64,000 bases of DNA, from positions 124,001-188,000 of IMG/VR virus record IMGVR_UViG_3300046660_000716; one strand, 5' to 3'. Below are positions 49,013 through 57,573 of this stretch, piece after piece. The notes under the pieces were generated by a model. It did not search any database and was not told where the DNA came from. It saw only the letters and a list, made by a program, of their open reading frames with translations. Position 1 is the first letter of the stretch. Every line of letters starts with the position of its first letter. The position numbers were made by a program, and so were the translations under genes.

Positions 49013-49471
49013 TCACGCTTCCGCGTCGTCGGCCGGCTCGAACGAGACGACCATCTTCTTGCCGATGATGGCCAGCCAGCGGCGGGCGCACTCCATCGTG
49101 ATCGTCGGGCGCTTGCGCAGGCCGTACTCCAGGTTGTACGCCTGGTTCTCGCTGTCGAACAGCATGCCCGGCCCGTCGCCGATGAAGGCGTACAGGTCGC
49201 GGCGCGTCATGCCCGACTGATTGATCTCCTTCTTCAGCAGGACGACCAGCTCCTCGTCCGGCTTGCGCTCCGCCGAGCGCACGTCGGCGTGCAGCCCGTC
49301 GAAGATCTCAAACACCAGCACCTGGTCGGCGGTGTGCTTGTCGTCGTCGGGGGACGTGCGGCGCCCCTGGCGCGGCCCCGACGTGGAGCGGTGGATCTGC
49401 ACCTTCGGGGCGCGGCGCGTGCCGCTGGATTCCGCCATCCGGCCGAGCTTGTCTTCTCGGGATATCGTCAT
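49013..49471 (-). CDS. Putative HTH DNA-binding protein
   Basis: INQSGMTRRDL...AYNLEYGLRKRPTITME..RRWLAIIG, Cro/C1-like. Confidence 0.55.
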   Translation of the reverse strand: MTISREDKLGRMAESSGTRRAPKVQIHRSTSGPRQGRRTSPDDDKHTADQVLVFEIFDGLHADVRSAERKPDEELVVLLKKEINQSGMTRRDLYAFIGDGPGMLFDSENQAYNLEYGLRKRPTITMECARRWLAIIGKKMVVSFEPADDAEA

Positions 49472-49498
49472 TGCAATTCCTTTCTTGCTGTCACTTGT

Positions 49499-50254
49499 TT
49501 ATCGTTTCGCGAGGGTCGTCTTGGCGCCTGCGAGGCCTCCGAGGGTCCCGGCCTTGCGCTGCGGCATCTCGGCGGGGGCGCGCGACCGCATGACGCCGGG
49601 CACGCCGCCCATCTGCGCCACCGCGACCTGGACGGCGGCCCGGGACGTTGCGAAGAGGTCGAACCTCATGAAGAACTCGACGAACGCCGTGTAGTCCGAC
49701 AGGCGCACGTCCGAGTAGTAGTCCCAGCTCTTGATGTACATCCGCATGCCGGGCTCGCCGGCCGCGGCCATCGGGGCCTCGCCGTCGCCCTCCAGGTCCC
49801 GCTCGGAGCGGACGAACACCGTCGGTGCGAACGCCAGGAACCCGACCCCGATGAGGTCGTCCACGATCAGCGCGTCCTGCTTGCCCTTCTCGGTGAGCAC
49901 GTAGCCGTCTGCGCTCTCCTCGAAGCAGCCGTCGCGCACCATCTCGAGGGCGTCCTGCAGGCCCTCCACGAACCTGAACACGTGGGAGTACCCCATCATG
50001 ACCTGAATCCGCTCGGCGCCCTGTTCGAAGTTGACCACCCGGAAGGTCAGGAAGTCGTCGGTGCCGAGGTCCAGGCTCATGGCGTCTATTGGCGCCTCGT
50101 ACCTGTTGGACTGATACGTGCTACCCTTCAGCTTCGGGTAGCGCTGGCCGTTGGACCGACCTTTCTCGGCGAACGAGAACTCGGCCGCCGCCGCCACCTT
50201 GGGGAACGGGCAGTACAGGGACCAGGTGATCCTCTCCAGCGCGGCGGCGCTCAC
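49499..50254 (-). CDS. Hypothetical protein
   Basis: GTG start overlapping the upstream stop. Confidence 0.65.
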   Translation of the reverse strand: MSAAALERITWSLYCPFPKVAAAAEFSFAEKGRSNGQRYPKLKGSTYQSNRYEAPIDAMSLDLGTDDFLTFRVVNFEQGAERIQVMMGYSHVFRFVEGLQDALEMVRDGCFEESADGYVLTEKGKQDALIVDDLIGVGFLAFAPTVFVRSERDLEGDGEAPMAAAGEPGMRMYIKSWDYYSDVRLSDYTAFVEFFMRFDLFATSRAAVQVAVAQMGGVPGVMRSRAPAEMPQRKAGTLGGLAGAKTTLAKR

Positions 50255-50466
50255 TTGAGCGCCCACTGAATCGCCTGGATGAGGCTCAGGAGCACGAACT
50301 GCGCCCCCAGAACGACCAGGCACAGAGTTAGGAGGCGACCGTTGCTCTCGCGCCTCCACCGGCGGTCGATGTCGCGCGACCACAGGGTCTGCTCGCGGTG
50401 GCGACGCCACTGCTCCAGGCGCCCGTTGATCGTCGGCGCGTCGTAGGTGATTCTTGACAGGCTCAT
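50251..50466 (-). CDS. Small single-TM protein
   Basis: MSLSRITYD...LLTLCLVVLGAQFVLLSLI. Confidence 0.55.
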   Translation of the reverse strand: MSLSRITYDAPTINGRLEQWRRHREQTLWSRDIDRRWRRESNGRLLTLCLVVLGAQFVLLSLIQAIQWALK

Positions 50467-52043
50467 TTCACGTAGTCCGTTTCTTCCAGCTCGAGGCTGA
50501 TTTTCTTGAAGAGCTTGCGTCGCTCCTTGCGGGACGACTCGATCTTCGGGAAGCCCGCATCCCAGATGTCCCACAGGTAGCAGGGCGCTCCGTCGACGCC
50601 GCGCAGGCGGCCCGACACCTGCTCCACCCACACCGCGCTGGAGATCGGCGCGAAGAGGAGGAGGTGGGTCATGCGGATGGGGTTGACGCTACCGTTGAAG
50701 CTTTTCTCCGTCGTGACGACGATGTCCTTGTGGAGCTCGACGTCACGCAGCTCGCCCGCCTTGACGCGGGACGAGAAGTTGCCGACCGAACGCTCCGGGA
50801 ACGTCGCCCTCATCAGCTTGACCGTGGCGTCCAGGAACTCCAGGCGCCCCGACACGACGATGCCGACGCTGTTGCAGTCCGGCGCGGCCAGAGCGCGGCC
50901 CACGAGGGCCGTCGCCATCTCGGCCCAGGCCTCCCACTGGTCGACCAGCGCGATGCGGTCGAAGAAGTAGACCGGGTCGAAGAACTTGCGGCGGTTGACG
51001 CTCTTCGCCACCTCCTTCTCGGTGGGATTGCTGTTGTACTTGATCTGGCGCACGATGAGCCGGGCCGGAGACGCGATGACCAGCGCCCAGTCGCGCGGCA
51101 TCTGCGCGCCGTACACGCGGTCCTCCATCCACTCCGATCGCTTGGCCGTGGCGGTGAGGTAGAACGTGCGCTCCACGTTGATCATCATGGCGAGAGTGAT
51201 CAGGCTGGCGAGCTCCAGGTGGCACTCGTCGGAGACGTGCGTGCCGACGCCCAGGTCCTGCACTAGCTTGACGAACTCGCTGACGCCGGACATGATCTCG
51301 CCGGTGACGACGCTGGAGGCGCAGGACGCCACCGTGCGGTGCAGGACCAGGCAGACCTTGGCCGTGGCCACGGTGCCCTTCTTGTACGCTTTGCGGATGC
51401 TCTCGCGGCCGTCGTCGATCACCAGGATCTCGTCCTCGGTCAGGTCCGTGAACTTGAGCAGCTCGACCCTGAAGTTCTCGAGGTGGGCGCTGGCGGCGAA
51501 GGTCCCGAGCAGCACGTCGCTGGAGTCCACCCAGGACCGGATGGCCGCGTAGCTCTTGCCGGCGGCGGTGCCCGCGACGACGAGGCGCGCGCCGGGGTTC
51601 TGGCCTGCGTAGTCGCCGACGCACGACAGGTAGTCGTGGACGCGGCGCTGGTCGTCGTTCTTGTACGGGAAGTCCTTGGTTTTGAACTTCACCCGGACCT
51701 TGCGCGCGACCCACACGCGGTCGTCGTCCACCAGCTTGTGAGCCGGGAACGCCGAGGAGATCTCGTCTGGGCTCAGGGCGCCCGGCAGGCGCAGGACGCG
51801 GCGGCGCTGGGGGTCCATGTCGTAGAGCATGGCCTTGTACGTCACCCAGCTGGCGCCGGTCGGCTCGCTCTCGCGCACGGACAGCCGGTTCTCCAGGGCG
51901 GAGAAGCCGGCGGCGTCCTTGCTCTGCGGGCTGTACACCAGCCAGTGGTTGCGGCGCCGGATGGCGAGCAGCGGCGCCGGAGCGCTGTCGGCCACGGCCT
52001 GCTGCGCGGGGGAGTCGGGGGGAGGGTTGCGGTGCGCCGTCAC
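50463..52043 (-). CDS. SF2 (DExH, UvsW-like) helicase
   Basis: GTAAGKS, SDECH, LTAT, EQVSGRLR. Confidence 0.85.
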   Translation of the reverse strand: MTAHRNPPPDSPAQQAVADSAPAPLLAIRRRNHWLVYSPQSKDAAGFSALENRLSVRESEPTGASWVTYKAMLYDMDPQRRRVLRLPGALSPDEISSAFPAHKLVDDDRVWVARKVRVKFKTKDFPYKNDDQRRVHDYLSCVGDYAGQNPGARLVVAGTAAGKSYAAIRSWVDSSDVLLGTFAASAHLENFRVELLKFTDLTEDEILVIDDGRESIRKAYKKGTVATAKVCLVLHRTVASCASSVVTGEIMSGVSEFVKLVQDLGVGTHVSDECHLELASLITLAMMINVERTFYLTATAKRSEWMEDRVYGAQMPRDWALVIASPARLIVRQIKYNSNPTEKEVAKSVNRRKFFDPVYFFDRIALVDQWEAWAEMATALVGRALAAPDCNSVGIVVSGRLEFLDATVKLMRATFPERSVGNFSSRVKAGELRDVELHKDIVVTTEKSFNGSVNPIRMTHLLLFAPISSAVWVEQVSGRLRGVDGAPCYLWDIWDAGFPKIESSRKERRKLFKKISLELEETDYVK

Positions 52044-52243
52044 GCCGTCACCTTCGGGCTCTCCGTGGTGAGCAGCTGCAGACCGTTCATGTTGAGCGAC
52101 ACGTCGCGCTCCGGCATGCGGGACTCGCCGCAGAACGCAGAAATGGCGCGGGCGAAGCTCTTCGCCCGGATCACGACGGCTGGCAGGGAGCCGTTGGTGC
52201 TGCTGCGGGACACCACGGTGTACTTGTGCTTTCGGCGATTCAT
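52040..52243 (-). CDS. Small hypothetical protein
   Basis: AAGGAG RBS. Confidence 0.55.
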   Translation of the reverse strand: MNRRKHKYTVVSRSSTNGSLPAVVIRAKSFARAISAFCGESRMPERDVSLNMNGLQLLTTESPKVTA

Positions 52244-52259
52244 GACAACTCCTTTCGGT

Positions 52260-52562
52260 CTATGTTGGGTCGGGTTCTACCTTGCCTACTATGCGGTAGC
52301 TCTTCGGGACGACTGCGTCCTGACTCCAGAGCGTGCCTTGGTCGTCGATCAGCATGCCGTCGGCGCTGCGCTTGGCAAACCGGCCGTGCCAGACGCCGTA
52401 CCCGCTGGGCTTGCCGTCGCTGAACACGGACGGCGCGCACTCCGAGCAGAGCGCCCGGCACACGTGTCCGGCGGGCCAGATCGAGGCGTCGTTCCTGGAC
52501 CACCATAGCCCCAGTGCGGTGTTCTCGACGCAGCCGCATTCCTCGCATCGGAAGAGACCCAT
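52260..52562 (-). CDS. Zn-finger protein
   Basis: FRCEECGCVENTAL...LCSEC...WHGRF. Confidence 0.65.
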   Translation of the reverse strand: MGLFRCEECGCVENTALGLWWSRNDASIWPAGHVCRALCSECAPSVFSDGKPSGYGVWHGRFAKRSADGMLIDDQGTLWSQDAVVPKSYRIVGKVEPDPT

Positions 52563-52567
52563 CGCAA

Positions 52568-54436
52568 CTACCCACCAAAGAGGCTATCGATCACCCCGGG
52601 CTGCGTCTTGCGAAGGATGTCCGTGGAGGTCAGCTGCGCCTTGACGCGCTCGAACGCCAGCGAGTTGGTGACGCTCGGGCTGGACAGGATGGCCGGGGTC
52701 AGCTTCAGGACGGCGTACGGCGGCTCGTCCGGGCCGGTCGAGAAGTCCGGGCGGTTCATGTGGTCGGTGGCGCTGCGCACCTGGGCGCGCAGGATCATCT
52801 CGGCGTGGACCGACGGGGTGCGCAGCTCGGATTTGGTGAGCAGCGCCATCAGGCGGGCGTACGCGTCGTGGTACGTGGCGATCTCCTCGCGCTCGATCAG
52901 GTTGAAGATCGAGTGCAGGGCCTCGGACAGGTCCGTGTTGCTGATCGGGACCTGGAAGACCGAGCTGTCCTGCAGCGGGGACAGGGTGAGCTCGCCGTCG
53001 TCGACCTCGGTGTTCTCCCACGCCTCGTCGTCGAGGTAGATGGGCACCGGGGTCGTAATCTTGATCCGGCTCTGCTTGCCGGCGATCTTGTAGTAGAAGA
53101 TCGTGGTGGAGCGGCGGTCCTCGTCCTCGTCGAGCTCGATGTCGTCCTGCTTGACGTACACGCGGAAGACGGTGCTCTCGGCGATGACCGAGGTGCGCTC
53201 GACGGAGAAGTGCTTGAGGAAGTCCTCCGGCCAGTTGATCTTGGTCGGGCGAGCCTTCAGCAGGTGCTTGGAGGACAGCAGGCGCTGCAGGATCTGCTCG
53301 GAGATGATCAGCACACCGTAGATGCCGGCGTGGATGCTCGCGTTGCTGCGGGCCAGGGCGCCGTAGCAGTGGTGGCAGACGCCGTTCTTGCCCGCGCAGG
53401 TGATCGGCGAGCGCAGGGCGATGTCCTGTTCGACCAGGCCCTCCAGCTCGCCTTCCTCGGCGAGGTGCCACTGCTGGTTGGCGTGGGTGGCGATGTAGCG
53501 ACCCTCCAGGCGAGCCGCGTGGTCCAGGCTCAGGACCTTGGTCTGCACGCCGTGCAGCGTCTCGCAGTCCTCCAGGTCCGGGTCGATGAAGTGGTTGGCG
53601 ACCAGCAGGACCAGCTTGCGCGACAGGTAGCCCGAAGTCTTCACCTGCTTGTAGTTGGTGGTCAGCGCCTTGCGGGCGCCGATCGCGCAGATGTAGAAGT
53701 CTTCGACGCCGCGCATGCCGCGCAGGAAGCTGGTGTCGATCGGCTCCGGCATCAGCTGGCCGTCCATCAGGCCCGGCTTCACGCCGATGCTCACGAACGC
53801 CTGGCGCATCTGGCCGATGTTGACGGCCGAGCCCGAGCGCAGGAGGCGACCCAGCTCGCCGGGCAGCGCCTTCAGGCGCGTGTTCAGCTCTTCGGTGGCC
53901 GCGTCGGCGGCCTTCTCGATGTCGCCCAGCTCGCCCACGGGGGCCTGCCAGCGCAGCAGCTTGCGGATCTCGGGGTCGCGCTCGCCGGCCTCGAAGAGGC
54001 CCTTGATGCTGATGCTCGTGCCTACGCGCCCGACCACGGCGATCGCCAGGTCCTGCACGTAGTTCACGGCGGCGGCGACGGCCATGTTCAGGGTGTCCGG
54101 GTCCAGCACGCGGTACAGCGCCTTGATGGTGACGTCCAGGTGGACTTCCAGGTACTTCGCGTTGATGATCTCACGCACAAAGCGGTCGGCCGGCGGCTGG
54201 ACCTGGGCGACGTGGTACGGGTAGAGCAGCGACAGGCTCGCTAGCGCGCGCCCGACCGACATTTCCTCCGGCCCGTTGCCGCACTCGACGAGGATGGTGC
54301 CGTGGCGGCCGCCGTCCTCTCCCAGCGAGAGCTCGTGCAGCTGCTGCATGACGTCCTCGTAGCTCCCGCCTTCCTGGTCTGCCAGCGCGGCGACGAGGTC
54401 CACGACCTGAATGTCGGCTTCCATCATTTGATCCAT
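52568..54436 (-). CDS. RNA polymerase beta' C-terminal subunit (probably non-virion RNAP)
   Basis: SGSAVNIGQMRQ, PIDTSFLRG, GARKAL...KTSGYLSRKL, DC, RSPITC...GVCHHCYG, QRLLSSKH. Confidence 0.9.
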   Translation of the reverse strand: MDQMMEADIQVVDLVAALADQEGGSYEDVMQQLHELSLGEDGGRHGTILVECGNGPEEMSVGRALASLSLLYPYHVAQVQPPADRFVREIINAKYLEVHLDVTIKALYRVLDPDTLNMAVAAAVNYVQDLAIAVVGRVGTSISIKGLFEAGERDPEIRKLLRWQAPVGELGDIEKAADAATEELNTRLKALPGELGRLLRSGSAVNIGQMRQAFVSIGVKPGLMDGQLMPEPIDTSFLRGMRGVEDFYICAIGARKALTTNYKQVKTSGYLSRKLVLLVANHFIDPDLEDCETLHGVQTKVLSLDHAARLEGRYIATHANQQWHLAEEGELEGLVEQDIALRSPITCAGKNGVCHHCYGALARSNASIHAGIYGVLIISEQILQRLLSSKHLLKARPTKINWPEDFLKHFSVERTSVIAESTVFRVYVKQDDIELDEDEDRRSTTIFYYKIAGKQSRIKITTPVPIYLDDEAWENTEVDDGELTLSPLQDSSVFQVPISNTDLSEALHSIFNLIEREEIATYHDAYARLMALLTKSELRTPSVHAEMILRAQVRSATDHMNRPDFSTGPDEPPYAVLKLTPAILSSPSVTNSLAFERVKAQLTSTDILRKTQPGVIDSLFGG

Positions 54437-54471
54437 TTGGTACCCCTTGGTTTGTGTTGCGAGTGAATCAG

Positions 54472-54489
54472 ATTATACACTTTTTTGTT
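54472..54489 (-). promoter_or_regulatory. Composite promoter for the beta'-C gene
   Basis: AACA-aaaaag-TG followed immediately by TATAAT on the minus strand. Confidence 0.55.
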
Positions 54490-54572
54490 GCAAACGTGTT
54501 CAATTTTTCACCCAAAGCTAGTGCGATGCGAAAACAATACCCCTACCCGTTCCCGGGTAGGGGGCGTTGCTG

Positions 54573-57353
54573 TTACGAAAAGTCAGCCAGGACGACCTTG
54601 TTCTCGAGGAACGTCGGGTCGCCGACCGGCATGGAGTGGCCGGGGAAGAGCACGATGCCCGCCGGCGACGCCGCGAAGGAGTCGTTGTGCGAGATCATGA
54701 ACAGCTGCTCCAGCCCCAGGTCGCGGGACAGGTGCTCCACGATGTCGGCGAAGCGCTCGCGGTTCTTCTCGCGGTCGAGCATGCCGTCGATCTCGTCCAG
54801 GCCAATGATATTGTACCCGCCGGCCTGCTGGATGGTCTGCTTGACCAGCGCCAGCGACAGAATGGTCTTGCCCAGCGCGAGCTGCCCCATGCTGGCCTCG
54901 GTGATGTCCTTGATGACGCGGCCGGAGCCCTTCGAGACCGGCACGTTGAACTCCTTGTCGGTCAGCGAGAAGCCGATGCGGAACTCGCCCTGCATGGCCA
55001 GATCGAGCAGATCGTTGACGTTCTCGCGCGTCGTGTCCAGGAACACCTTCAGGAACTCGATCGGTGCGCCCTTGGCGGGGTGCGACGCGGCGGCCACCGG
55101 CAGCGCGCGCTCGATCTTACCCTGCATCTCCGCGAGGCGGGCCTCGTACTCGTCGCGGCGCTGCAGGCGCAGGGCCGCCTCGTTGCGCTGCTGGTCGGCG
55201 AGGTTCGCCGCGCGCTCGGCGTCGGCGCGGTCGGACGTGCCCATGGTGAGCTCGTCGTTGGCTGCGGTCCAGCGCGCGCGCAGCGCCTCCAGCGACTCGG
55301 CCAGCGTGGCCAGCTGAGAGGAGCGGTCGCGGGACTCGGACGCGGTCTTGTGGAGCGCCATCATCTGGTCGATCAGCTGCAGAGCCTGGGACCAGGTGCT
55401 TACGCGCTGCTCGGCGGAGGTGACCGCTTCGTCGTTGGTCGTGACCTCCGCGCGGGCCGTCGCGACGGCCTCCGTGGCGCGCGCTGCGGTGTCCTTCAGC
55501 TGGTCGGCGGCGCCTTGTAGCTGCTCCATGCTAGCGATGCGCTCCTTCACGCCCTCCAGCTGGCGGATGTTCTCGGACAGGTCGCGCTTGACGCCCAGCG
55601 AGTCCAGGAGGCGCGCAACGCTCAGCGTGTCGGCGGTCTGGATGGCGCCGGACGCCACGAGGTCGTAGAAGGCGCCGGACGGACCGATCGACGCCCAGAT
55701 CCCGGCAGCCTCCAGCACGGGCTTGGCGCGGCGCAGACGCGCGTGGGCGGCCTGCACCAGCTTGGCGGTGGACGCGGCGTGGCCAAAGTCGGCTACGTCC
55801 GCGTCGGCCTGGGCGATGCGGGCCTCCAGCGCGACCACCTCGTTCTGCTTGTCGACCAACTCGTCGGCCGCCGTCGCGTACTGGCTGATGTGGCGCTCGA
55901 AAGGGCAGCGGCTGTCGTTGCAGTGCATGCCTGCGAAGCGAGCGTGGAACGATGCCTGGGTCTCGATGGTCGTGATGCGGCTGCGCGTCACGTCGAGGCT
56001 GGTGCGCAGCTCGCGGGCGGCCTGCCGGCGGGCTGCCTGGACTCCGCGGATCTCGGCCTCGTCCATGTCGAAGCGGCGGGCCTCGCTCAGGGTGTCGGCG
56101 GTAGGGAACCCGTTGCGCAGATCGTTGATCTCGCCTTGCAGGTTGCCCATCATGTCGGAGACGACCTTGACTTCCGCGAAGTCCAGCCCGTCCGGTGCGC
56201 CCGGCAGGGTGGCCGCCTTGGCGGTCAGCTCGGCGATCGCGGCTTCCAGCGGAGCCACGCGGGCGCGCAACGTCGTCAGCTCGGTGGCCGAGGAGGTGGC
56301 CTTGCGCACGGCCAGGTTTGCCTGCACCTCGGCGTTGATCGCGGTGTCCAGGCGCATGCGGGCGCTGGAGCGGGTGCTGCGGTGGATCTCCAGCTCGCCG
56401 TTGGCGCGGGCGATGTTCTCGCGCAGCTCGTTCGACTTGGTGAGCGCCGCGGCCGGGTCGGTGAACGCCGACAGGCGCGGGCGCTCGTCCACCAGCTTGG
56501 AGATGGATGCCTCGGCGCGCGACTGAGCCTGGACGGCCTTGGCGTGCTCGTCGGCGATCGGGTTGAAGGACGCCGGATCGTCGGCGATGCCGGCGCGCTC
56601 CAGCAGGGCGGCTCGGGCCGGGGTCAGCTCGGCCAGCGTGCCTCGGGCCTCGCCCAGGCGGCCGTCGATGCGGCTGATGATCTCGCGGTGGCGCGCGTTC
56701 TCCGAGACGGCCAGGCGCACCGTGGCCTCCAGCGTGTCGCGCGGCTCGATGCGGTCCAGCTCCACCTGCATGCCGGAGAGCTGGTTGCGCATGATCGTGA
56801 TCCGCTTGGTTACGTTGCGGTTCATGGCGATCCACTCCTCGACCTCGGGCATGAACTGGCCGATGTACTCCTTGCGCTTGCCCGGCGACATGTCCAGGAA
56901 GCCGGACACGCTGGAGCCGATGCGTCCGATCTTCAGGAAGTCCGGCGTGAAGCCCATCGTGTCCTTCAGCTCGTCCATGTAGGTGCCGATGTTGCCCTTC
57001 TCGGTCAGTTTGGTCGGCTTGTCGCTCTCGTCCGTGTACATGAAGCAGGCGACCTTGCCCTTCGACGAGTGCTGGATGTCGCACTTGAAGGTGCGGCCGG
57101 TCGGCGAGATGAAGTCGATGGTCTTGCGGCCGGCGCGGCCGGGGATGATCAGCGCGCTGCGGTCGTCCATCTGGCCCGGGGCGGGGGTCAGCGCGTTCAC
57201 CAGCGTGGTCTTGCCGCTTCCGTTGCGGCCGAAGAACAGGATGCGGGCCAGGCCGGCGTCGTACGCCGGCTTGAAATCGATGTGCAGCTCGCTGCGGCCG
57301 GTTCCTTCCTGGATGTTCAGGTAGTTCTCGAGGTATACTTCTCCGATGCGCAT
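54573..57353 (-). CDS. SbcC/Rad50-like SMC ATPase
   Basis: GRNGSGKTT, long coiled coil with a CNDSRCPF hook, ASMGQ signature, IGLDEIDG, MISH. Confidence 0.9.
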   Translation of the reverse strand: MRIGEVYLENYLNIQEGTGRSELHIDFKPAYDAGLARILFFGRNGSGKTTLVNALTPAPGQMDDRSALIIPGRAGRKTIDFISPTGRTFKCDIQHSSKGKVACFMYTDESDKPTKLTEKGNIGTYMDELKDTMGFTPDFLKIGRIGSSVSGFLDMSPGKRKEYIGQFMPEVEEWIAMNRNVTKRITIMRNQLSGMQVELDRIEPRDTLEATVRLAVSENARHREIISRIDGRLGEARGTLAELTPARAALLERAGIADDPASFNPIADEHAKAVQAQSRAEASISKLVDERPRLSAFTDPAAALTKSNELRENIARANGELEIHRSTRSSARMRLDTAINAEVQANLAVRKATSSATELTTLRARVAPLEAAIAELTAKAATLPGAPDGLDFAEVKVVSDMMGNLQGEINDLRNGFPTADTLSEARRFDMDEAEIRGVQAARRQAARELRTSLDVTRSRITTIETQASFHARFAGMHCNDSRCPFERHISQYATAADELVDKQNEVVALEARIAQADADVADFGHAASTAKLVQAAHARLRRAKPVLEAAGIWASIGPSGAFYDLVASGAIQTADTLSVARLLDSLGVKRDLSENIRQLEGVKERIASMEQLQGAADQLKDTAARATEAVATARAEVTTNDEAVTSAEQRVSTWSQALQLIDQMMALHKTASESRDRSSQLATLAESLEALRARWTAANDELTMGTSDRADAERAANLADQQRNEAALRLQRRDEYEARLAEMQGKIERALPVAAASHPAKGAPIEFLKVFLDTTRENVNDLLDLAMQGEFRIGFSLTDKEFNVPVSKGSGRVIKDITEASMGQLALGKTILSLALVKQTIQQAGGYNIIGLDEIDGMLDREKNRERFADIVEHLSRDLGLEQLFMISHNDSFAASPAGIVLFPGHSMPVGDPTFLENKVVLADFS

Positions 57354-57573
57354 TCGCGTCTCTCCTTGGGTTGGTCGGTGCGGGGCCGGAAGTCGCCCTT
57401 GCACTTCCATGATATCGTTGCAACGGACCTGTCAGAAGTGAGAGGCCCTCGAATCATTTGTGGGCTCTCCCGCGAGCGCAAAAGCCCTGTGATCCGCCGC
57501 AGGACCCCACGCGTCTATGTCCATATTATTGCTTTGAGGAAATTCGAAGCCTCGTAACCAAGGATAGATATCT

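Larger units (their letters stand above)
12929..54565. repeat. Family of CCCTACCC-loop-GGGTAGGG intergenic palindromes
   Basis: 12929-12955, 19715-19738, 23374-23399, 28518-28540, 48981-49007, 54540-54565. Confidence 0.7.
8061..57529. promoter_or_regulatory. Dispersed early promoter motif (C/G/T)ATATHAT
   Basis: Plus strand: 8061, 11421, 11790, 13972, 26228, 38011, 57522. Minus strand: 57416-57409. Most are followed by an AC-rich leader and an RBS. Confidence 0.65.
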
